Source of the DNA: Balanoglossus misakiensis
Taxonomy: Eukaryota > Animalia > Hemichordata
Assembly (NCBI GenBank): GCA_040954595.2
Contig: CM082591.2
Location: 310,001-374,000, forward strand
Length of the DNA: 64,000 bases
Reading direction: 5' to 3'
Under the pieces are notes generated by a model, which worked only from the letters and a program-made list of their open reading frames with translations, was not told the DNA's origin and did no database searches. Positions 38,566-49,800 of this stretch are shown in pieces (positions within the stretch are counted from its first letter, which is position 1; each line of letters starts with the position of its first letter). The position numbers and the translations under genes were made by a program.

Positions 38566-40872
38566 ACACAGCTATCCCTAAACTGATATCTCATTGAAGG
38601 AAGTACATTCCAATTATGTTAATTGAACTCTAAAACATGCTAATTGATTTTAAATCAACATACAATGTACTGATAAGATGATTTCTGTTTGACATAAATT
38701 ACCAGTAATGTAATGATAGCTTTTCATTCAATTCAACTTCAATAGTTATAAATAATTTGGGTTCTCTTGTGACCTCATCAAAAGCTCCAACACTTTCCCC
38801 ACCCATCTACATGTATTCTCTTCTTTTCCCTTCCCTTTCTTTTTTCCCTTTCCCATTTCCTTCTCCTTGAAATATTCCTGTCACTGCCTGCAGTCTTCCA
38901 TCTTTGAGAGGCATGATAAACTCGTCAGATAAAAGTCGTCACTAACCCCAAATATCAGGTGCAAGTCACATGAGCATTACCCTTTCAGATAGATCAGGTG
39001 CAAGTCATGTGACTTAACTTAAATCCAATAAAATATGAGAAAGAACTCATTTTTTCTGATGTGCATATTTAAATTTTGACAAGCTACATGCATAGAAGAT
39101 TTTACAAACAAAATGTTAGTCAATGACGGTGTAAGACAGCTGGCTAAATCTCACATGAGAAATTTACACGTGGGGAAATGTGTTATATACAGGGTATATA
39201 ACAATTTTTGGAGAAATTTTTCTAGGTTTAGGCCTACTGGTAACTTTATCAGGAAATTAACTTCCCCAAATTTGCAATTTTAATTGGAATGTGTAAATGA
39301 GCCTTAAGGTTCATAATAAATTTAGCTTCCAATCCACCTGATGTTTACTAGAGAATCTAAACTTTAGCAGATTGGGAAAAACAAACATTTTATTGCACAA
39401 AGAGTAACATGCTATACAGGAAAGGAGTCTTCTACCCCCTCCTCCCCCTCCCCACCAAAGGAATCTTCTACCATTATCCACAATTCCTTTGTTTGCTATG
39501 ATAGATTGGACCACACCACTGGGAGCATGGGTATGAATGTGGTGACAATGAACACAGACTAAAGATGAACTAGCGAACTAACTATGATATGGATATTCAA
39601 CCAATCTATCGATCTGTTTGTGGTTCACCACCTGTCATCAACACAGCAAAGATCATCAACAACAATTGACCGTAAATCTAAAGTTACCATAATAACACCT
39701 TTTAGCATCTGTGCCACTGTTAACCTGTGCTATCAATAGTAGGCTTTCTTCTAAGTCATTTTCGAAGAGCTTAACAAGGGAATATTTAGTTGTGCGTGAA
39801 ATATACAGTCATTCATACTTCGTAAGAAGAATGTTCAGAATAAATATTTTCAGGGTTTCAAATGAGGTATCGTCATGCTATTCAGGCAGTGTTGTAGAGG
39901 ATCAATGACAGATGTCTGGTGAACATTTTTGCCAAAGGTCATCTGAAACGCTTTCTGGAGATAAAAGGAGCTGATCCCTGATGTTTGATCAACTACCATT
40001 ATCCAAGGCCTACAACCACAAAAAGGCCTATATGGGGGTCACACACACACCATTAAGACGGTTCTGAAGCGTCTCAGATCAAATACCGTCTTAAAAAAAC
40101 ATGGTTAGGGTTAAACTCTGATAGTATTGGATAGGTTGATTGTCTCCTGGAAGATTCGCCTTGAGGGAAAACTTGCAGTAAATATGTTCAAAAGTTTCAA
40201 ACCTGTAAAAGGTAATGAAATCTTCAGAAATGTTTCATTTTGATGTAAAATACAATCTACCGTTTTATTTTTAAAAATACAACTTGAGACTTGAAATTTT
40301 TCTGTTGGTATCTGTAAACAGGGCTCTAAATTGGCCTCAAACCTGCATTAATACCAGATAAAAGCATGCATGATATTGATATATTTTATATTTTATGGAT
40401 TATCAGAATTATCAGTTATATACCAGTCCAGTAATGCTTTTCAAATTGACAAAAGTATAAATCTATCAGTACATGATATTGCAAAGTAATAGCAGATATT
40501 TCAACAGAGAAAGGCAGCTTGTTTGACTTCCCATAATGCAACTTGCAACACCTCCCTGATATCCAACAGCATAAAATGGTTTCCTTGTAAACTGGCTGCG
40601 ATTTTCAATTTTGCTGATGTTTATAAATCCAGTTTGTCTGCTGTGAAACCATTTTAAACATGGGTGAAGGTACGAAGTGCAACAGTGGAGTCAGAAATGC
40701 ACTGATACGATTATCCTAATTAAAACTGTACAGTGTTGTAGCAGTAGTAAACAGTGCCCTCTACCCCTGGCAGTGTTCATCAGCCGTACCTAGGTATAAC
40801 CACAGAAAACTGGTTGAATGAATTATGGGATCATAGGCCTGGCTTCACCCCTTCCCCCCTCCTCCCAAATGA

Positions 40873-43800
40873 TTAATTGTCCTGTAAATATTCATTGCGT
40901 TTCATCGCCATTTTGGCCTCCATTTCTTTGCGATTATTCTCCGCACTTCTGGCTGCAGCAACATAGGAGAAAACACAAAGTACAGCGTAACAGATCTCAT
41001 TAGCCATACTTGACTTGTAGCGTCTCTTGATAACTTCTTTGGATTGTGAATCTGGGAAAGGCAAGCAGAATAAGGGTCACTTTGAAACTTCATCTTAGAA
41101 TACAAGAAGTATGCACAACATTAAAATTTAGGCTACATGGACAAGAGTAAATTATAAGAAAGTAACTTACTGTATTCATGAATAATGAAGACATCTTTCT
41201 TCGTGTGGCATTTCTTGATATCTTTCAACTCGATGAATTGCTACAAGCAAGAAAATAAAAGAAAATAAAGATATTTAATAAAAGGGATATTTATTCATCC
41301 TTCCTTGTTGTCTTGCTGTATGGTGATTGGTATACACGGCCTTGGAACATGGATTTTTATTTTGCCATCATCATGCCTGACCAATTACAAGCTCCCAATG
41401 CAGACACAAGATTGTGATTGGCTCATGGATGAACTCTTTGCACTTCATGTCATCACACATGTTGTTACATGTACAAATGATGATTATAACTATGCCATTA
41501 TACAAGTCAGTCTGCGTTACAACTGAGGGAGCTGTGGGCAAACAACTGGACATCGACCTGTGTGAATATTTGGACATTGCACATACCGGTATAGAAGGGA
41601 GAGACTAAGGACACAAACACAAACCAGAAACCAAAACATTTGCCTTTTATCACTCTACCAGATAACCCTTTCACCCCCATTTCCTTTGTATATTGGTCCA
41701 ACCCACTCCACTCAAAACAGTGGGTTTGGTTCAAAGTCTGATGATCAAAGGTTAAGGAACAGATGTTTGACTGAGTAAAGAAAATGTAAAGAATTTGAAT
41801 GAGGGTAGTTTTTTAATTTGAAATAAATGTTTATCTTTTCATTCAAGACACAAAACAGGGTTAAGTGATCAAAACCTGAAAACAAATGTTTGGTTTGCAG
41901 ACCTTTATTGATGGTCCTCACAGTTCACAAGTCAAAAATGCAGACAAAACGACAAATTTCACAAACTATTTTTTTTTTTACAGTTTGCTACTGACACCCA
42001 ATCACATGCCATGATGATATACCTCAAACTCCTTCACCACAGCAATGCATGATGGGAAATGAGAAGAGAACAGATTAGTGGTAAGAACAAAAAAAATTCA
42101 AAAGACGAATCAAGAGTCTACTAATGCCAGACTAGAATCAGTGAGGACCATCTCAAAAGATCTTGCATAAAAATTGGCACAGAAAATTCTGATTAAACTC
42201 ACTCAAAAAGACTGCTTTAGAAATGACAGAAAAATATTGGTGGAATAAACTCCATTTGTGTAAGAAAGTGAAAGTGTACTCAGCAAAAATGCATGCAATG
42301 GTTGGAAAAAAATAATTTGACATCAAAAAATTCAAGTTTCAGGAGTGCAGAGCAAAAGGAAAACATATGCAGATTCTGTGCCATTGGAAGAGAGTGAAGA
42401 AATAAGAAAGCCAATTGAAGAGATGAAAATAAGATTGTTTTTTCTGTTTGTTTTTTTGAAGAGAAATTTTGAGACAGGCCTCCACTGATAAAAATATAGA
42501 GAAAGAGCAACACCGATCTAGAACGAACGACTACAACTATGATGAATTAAAAGACAAAGAGAAGTGAAGTGCATGCAGAGAATTCCACAAAATTCAAATG
42601 CAACTCTTGGTGTCAAACTAAAACATCTAACAGAAAAGAAACAATTCTTGACAGTGGCTCAGAGCTCCACATCAAACACACTACAGCACTATTTCTGTAA
42701 CTATTTAATAATGCTCATGCGTTGTAAATTTCACAAATGCCAGGATCACCCTCAGTTATGTTTTCCATCCAATAGACTATTCCAATTTCATAATTCCAAA
42801 CTGATGCGACTTTTGCTCTGATTTTGACGCAAATCGGTTGTGTAGAAAGAACATTTTCTGATGATGTGGAATATAGTATATATTTTAAACATGTTTAGGG
42901 CAAATGTTATGGTATGTTAAGAAATAAAACTGAAGAAAAAGGTAAAAATAAAGATGGAAAATTAATCGATAAAAAATAAAGAATTAGCGGAAGGTGAAGT
43001 TGAATGAAAAATTGGAAAGTAAAGAAATACTACTGCTACACCTTGGGAAAGGTCATGAGGTCAGAGGCCAAAGGTCGACTGTCATGGCAACAAAACAGCA
43101 CAGCTAATGAGATCTGGGCTACACCAAATAGGTCAGTCTGCCCCACTTGCGTTACTATGGTTAGAGCAGAGAGCAGGAGGCCCTACTAAGGTACTCTCCC
43201 CAGTTGGTAAGTTTGGACGAGGATGACTTGGAGTTCAGAGGTGATTGATGGTCCTATGGGTTAATGAGAAAATTACAGGGAATGCATGTGTAAGAGCTCT
43301 GACTTTTTCCAGCAAGGCGATTATACTTAGGTTTTATTTACGCCTGTGGAGGGATGGGGGTGTAATAAGCCTTGTTGGTCAGAAGGAATTTGCCAAGAGC
43401 TCTTACAAGAAAAGGCACCTGTGATGTTAAGAGGGGACTTCATTATTAACCGACAACCACAAGAGAGATGTGGTAACTATAGCAACTGGCATGTACACTA
43501 CAGGAACAACAACTACAATGTTAATTTTTACTAAAGCAGGCTTGCCAAAATCACGGGTACATTTGAATACAATGGTTACTATGGTGACAAAACCTAGGAC
43601 TATGAGACGGCATTCATGTAGTGATGTTACACTTAGCGTTGGGTCGTCTACTATGAACTTACTCTTGGCTATTCATTATTGTCATATTGTATGTTTGTTT
43701 TTGTTTATTTTCAGAAAGAGTGAAAAATGTTTTCATGCAAGCCCCAGGCAAAGCAGCAGCAGACAAAGGAGAGAAGAAAAAATGGAAAAAAGACACATTG

Positions 43801-46800
43801 TGATTTAGCATAGAGGTGATAAACAGGAACTGATGCAAAGCATCCGATGCTGAAAAAATTGCACATAGGCAAAAACGCTACTCACAACAGAAAAATTGGA
43901 CGTGTGAATACAAACACAAGACAAGACACATCGGCAGACAAACAGACAAACATAGACAAGACAAACACAAACAAGTAATTTCCTCTAACTTGTTTGGGGA
44001 ATTCTACATTAACATGAACTTTAAAGACAGGACTGCCTTGTCACAAAAATGTCTTGGCCAACCTTCCAAATAATATCAAGTAGCTCAGCAGACTCAGCTT
44101 TAAATTCTGAATAAATTTAAATTTTATGAATTTGAACTGTCAATGGATTCCCATGCTTTTCATTGCCACGTCAGTCAAACCCTAAAGTTTCCAATGGCAG
44201 TTGCCGAACCTCTCCAGAGGAATATCAGGATGAAAGGATTAAACTATAGACGACGTTAAGACCCAAATACAAATATACACCACATCACACAATGATACAT
44301 TCAACACTGCATGTATAGACAATGTACGGAAAACACAAAAATCCACCATTACGTGTCTAAAAAGACAAATTATATCACACAGACAACGCTGTATGATTGA
44401 ATCTTCACAGAAGTATATTGTACAAACATTGACATCATGTCACTGCTACAAATATGGACATCCACAGAACAACAATGCACTGGGAAAATGCACTTGGAAA
44501 TCTAAAATTTGGCGACCTTTATGTGAAACTTCATGCATCACAGATGATATGAAAAACAAGCATAGGCAACAGCAATGCTAAGCTATAGCAACTGTAGGGG
44601 ACCTGTAAATTCATTTGCTACTTACCTTTGTGTGTGCAAACTTCAGTCCAATTCCTTCAAGCGTTACTTGTAATAAACCACCTTCTCCCGTTTTGACGTC
44701 TTGGATCGGGAATTCACCTCCTAACTCATTGCCTGATAAAAGTGAAACAGTTTAGAATGCACAGACATCACTGTTGTTATCTCATTGTATTTTTATTCAT
44801 TTGTAACTAGCTGTCTGGTCATCCATTCAGACGAAGGGGGCATTTAATACGTATTCCAAGATTACTACATTATTTTGTGGCATGATTTGTGTCACACACA
44901 ACCATAAGATGCAAATAAGCAAAGAAGACACATGTAGATTACAAGTAGATTATGATGTCTTACCTCCGGCCAAACCATTTTGTCGAAGGGCCGCTTTCTC
45001 CATACTTTCTTTGACACAATAGTAAAGCTCCCGGCACTGTGAACAAAACAAGAATAAGATTCTTTCTTGATAGTTTGAATCACCTTTGACAAGTGAATTT
45101 GAGAATTCTATTTGTATCACCCCTATTTATGTACTTTTACGAGTAACATGAGGCAGTAACACATCACACTGGCTTAGACAGCACTCGGTACACGTATTTG
45201 AACTTCATCGTAGCAAGACAGTCTCTGTCATTAAGAATGTATCACTACAGTACGGAATATGGAAACAACAAATACTGACAGTATTATGCCACTCTCTCGT
45301 ACCTTCTTTGTGTAGAATTTATCAAGTCTTGTTTCCTGGGCAACTCTTCTCCACAAACACAGCACTTTGGTTTTTGGACAGTACGTCATGTTGATCAGCT
45401 TCTCGTACCAACATCTGTCGCAAACGGCTCCATTGCCACTACGGATGATGATGGCATCATCGCAGACCTTTTGGCAGAGAGATAAAATGTTTTCTAAGAC
45501 AGTCATTTTCAAACATTGTATTTTGTGCACCTGATTTCATATTTTCATTTTCACTTTTTACATTGTAAATCATCTGTTAACAAGTAAATTATCTGTAAAA
45601 TGTGATATTAAAGAAAAGTATTAAACAAACCTCCATGAAGAGTACGTCTCCTCTTGTATCTGTGCCAGCATGAACCACAAAAGAATGTTTTCTCATCTGC
45701 CGACTCACACTGGGTTTCAGATCAATATCATTCCCATGCTGACAAAACATTAAAAGAATAATAAGGAAAAAAAATAATGGTAGACTGTATGGTTTGAAGT
45801 GCATTTGAGAGAGTGTCAATCTCTGTTTAAAAGTCTGCTGGTCCAATTTCACTTTTCAAATGAACTGAGCTACTAAAAAGCAAGACAGAATGGGAATCCA
45901 TGCCTCTACTGCAAAAGATGTCTTCAAAGACCCTTACCAGGTTGTTAATTTCATCCAAGAGTTCGTTGACTTCTTGACTTTGCGCAAGACCTATATGGGA
46001 TTTTCCAAGGAGTCGTCTAATCTTCTTCTTCACCTCCGGTTTAGGAACCTTCATCATGACCATGTAACCAACCATATTATGCAGCATAGTGGCAAGAAGT
46101 TTGTCTTCATCTTCTTCCAGACGTCTCTGTTCCAAGTAGCCAAGCCCGAAATATCTGAGGAAATGAGAGCGGTTGATCACAATATCAGAGGCTATATAAA
46201 TAAAACATATCAACTGTCAAACTCGTACCCACCATACACACACACTCGCACAGGTGTCTGTCTAGCCATACTCCCCTATCACATTCAACAAGAGCCAATA
46301 TATGATACACATCCATCAAAACCAACCTTGACATCATCTCTGTCGGTCCTTGATCCATTCCCACTGCATCTCTCTCCGCGGCAACAGCATCCAGGAAAGT
46401 GTCTTCCCAGAATTGCATTTTATTCCAGAGGGATGACCGGTCTTTGCCTGTCAAAGTTACAGTGGAAAGAACAAAAATTAGGGATCTCCAGAGGGTTTGC
46501 AAGGGACAGATTCATCAATTTAGATTCCTTCTGTTGTTCTTTTTTAAGGAAGAGATCATATTCATTCAGAAGCAGCCAGTACATGAACATACATACATGC
46601 CAATTCAAAAATGAACACACAACAGAGTGCTACCCTCTGCCGTTTGAGGCAAGTTTTTTCTACTTACCAATCAATCCTTCAAATAAATACTGCCTTGGTA
46701 CTGCTTCAGGTGAGGTGGCCATATCAGTTGCAATCATATTGCCAGCGTGATAACGGAATCCTGCACTCACTCGACTTTTCGCGCTCCAAACACTTGGGAG

Positions 46801-49800
46801 ACGTTTCCTGCGGGCATACTGTGCAGGCTGTGAATAAAATCAGTTAGATTTCAGATTAAACTGTGCAGGCAGATATGTTTAGGTGTTGCCTATGACAACC
46901 ATGATGTCATAACTGTCTAGGTGCATACTGCTTCTAAGTAATGTGTCTATCAGCAATCGTTTAAGTTGCAAATGATGCATTAGAGATTCTAAAGTGAATG
47001 GTCATGTATGATCATTTTAACTTATGGATCTATAAATACTGACCCCATTGAGTTCTATTTCACTGTCAGACATCGTTGTTCGTATGGAATGATGATTGAT
47101 GCGAGATCTCTTCTTAGATTTGCTATCAGTGCTTGCGTTACTAATATCACTGTCGTTTCCCAATGTATCTGAACTATTGCTAACAAGTGTGCTTGCTTCC
47201 GATGCTTCCGAGTCTAGACTTGAGATTTTCTCCAATTGTTTGTTTCTCTTCAACGGAGCATCTGGTGATGAGTTGCTGCTGGCAACCCCATTGGTTGCCT
47301 TGGCAACAATCTCTATGCCACGGTCTTCATCTTGATCTGGAGTTCCTGGTCATGATGGAAAAAAAAATCCTATTATATGAAAATACAGTCCATAAACCTG
47401 TCACTAAATAATACATGTACATCAATTTCAAAATACTGTATCCTTCAGACTCATACTGATCATGAAAATAAATACATATAAAAAAATTTAATTAACATTA
47501 GGCACCTGTTACTCCTCCAGTTGCCCCTTGACCTCCAGTACCCAGATTTTCCAATTCAGATTCATCAACGATATCAAAAGAGCTATCATTGCGATTGTCT
47601 TCAATACTATCAGTGTGTTCTGCAAAAGAGTTCACATATCAAGGGATTAAGGTTATGCAAGTTACAATCAGTAAAAGTAATTAATTCTTGCCACTTAGAA
47701 GACGCTGTGGAAAAGAGACACCTTTCTAAATGGGTTTGAGAAAATAATCATACCTACCTTTCTTGACACTGGCTTCTCTTTCTTTGGCACTCCAACCTAA
47801 AGAAATATTTACAGAAACAAATCACATTAGTGTCATCATCGCTGAAATTCATCATTTCAGAAAAATAGTTTATTAATCATTTAATCTTTAAATCTGACCA
47901 AGTTTGGCAGCTTTTTATTCTGCAAATCTTTGCACGTTTATGTATTCGCAAATTCCTGGTAACATTTCTGAAATGCACTTTTCATTCTCTAATGGGGTTT
48001 GGATCTCAAACAAGACATACACACATAAATTGTTAGTTCTACTTGAAATTGGACATTTTAAATTATCCTGGCGAAACATGGTATGCGTTATCTATCACTA
48101 CTTCACTATTTGAACTACGAATTGGCCGAGTCTAGCTACAAATACAGGCAAATGTTAACGGACACACCAAGTGAAGAAATAGTTCTTACTCTCTGTTGAT
48201 TTTATGATGTATGCATTTGATGGAAGAAATTGTGCGACCGAAGACACATAATATGATAAGAGAGAGAGAAATAGAAAAAGAGAAAGTGAAAGACCAACGG
48301 GACAAAAACGCAGTTATTTATGATTAGTCATTACATAACAGTGCAGCGCCAACATTAAATAATAACACATGATAGCGAGGGCAATATCACGATTTGAAGC
48401 CTGCACGAGGGATGGTGATCTCTGACCATAATATTGATGATGCCCGAGCCGCAGGCGAGGGTATCATCAATATTGTGGTCAGAGATCACCAGCCCGAGGG
48501 CAGGCTTCAAATCGTGATGTTGCCCGAGCATCATGTGTTATTAATTTTATTACGCCGAACATTTGAACGTACATACAAGGCAGGCATAGAAGAACGTAGA
48601 CGCGCGTCCATATGTCGTACGTTGCTGAGAATGTAAAATGTCTCGATCTCCCAAGAATTATACGATACCTACTTCGAACTTAGATTATTTTGAAAATACT
48701 GCACTGTTGGTTGCGATTTTGTTGTATTTACTGTCCGTTTATGGTAAAATATCGTCCAGTTGAACAGGTGTTAAGCCTATGTGTCGCTTTGAAGCCATAG
48801 ATGCGGGAGTTGACTGATCGTGGAGGAAGCCATTGAACGACAGTTTGGAACGCGCAGAAGTCGCGCGCAGAACACAAAACAACCCAGCGGGCAATATCAG
48901 CGCACGCGACAGGGCTTTATCAACTCTAGCCATGTTATATCACTTTTTTTTCTATATCACGTGAGCGCGTCTCAGCCAATCACGAATATGGTATAATACG
49001 TGAGGTGTAATAATGCATATTATCATTCCACATTCTTTGAGCTGGCATTCAGTGCAATATTGATTTGTATGATTTTTAATTTTTGTAGGCAGATCAGTCG
49101 AGTAATGTGCATGGCAGTCATGTGGGTAATGCTGTCCTCAGTGTTGTGGCAGTATGGTATGTGAGGCCTATGCTGTGGTTGTCATGGTATGGTATTATGT
49201 GGCATATATGGCAGTCATGTGGGTAATGCTGTCCTCAGTGTTGAGGCAGTATGGTATGTGAGGCCTATGCTGTGGTTGTCATGGTATGGTATTATGTGGC
49301 ATATGGCAGTCATGTGGGTTTGTCACTGTGTAGTGCAGTATGGCAGTTGTGTGGGCAATATTGCTGTGTTTGTTATATTTTGCAAAAAAAGTATGATTTC
49401 ACAGCCAAGTTCACAGACTATCATATCACAGGCACATGAAAAACAAGATCCTGCATGCATTGATGGGCTGACAAGACATGCATTGGACAACCAACCAACC
49501 AACCATGCACTAATGAACAAACAAAACAAACTTCAGACTTTCACAGAACATTTTCTGTTAACACCAACTACATGTACTTCCTACATTTCTAACTACATTT
49601 CTCTTTGGGTTTTAGTACAGTCAAATTTATAACACAGCAACACATGGAGCTTATGACCAGCTCAACTCTGGGGTTTTACAGGCCATGATGACAAAACAAC
49701 ATGTTTTGAGACAATCACATGCTGATACTAAGTAATTTGAACAAATCCAAATTTATATTATACAATTACAAGGATCTTTCTGATCATTTGACATAACTTT

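Noticed and set aside
45890-46750. 286-aa plus-strand ORF
   Set aside because: It is antisense to MADD exons and introns, has no recognisable domain, and is best explained as a shadow ORF.
49111-49632. CRISPR-like array or repeat-protein ORF
   Set aside because: The units are contiguous near-identical duplicates without unique spacers in eukaryotic intronic DNA, and the ORF is a by-product of the repeat.
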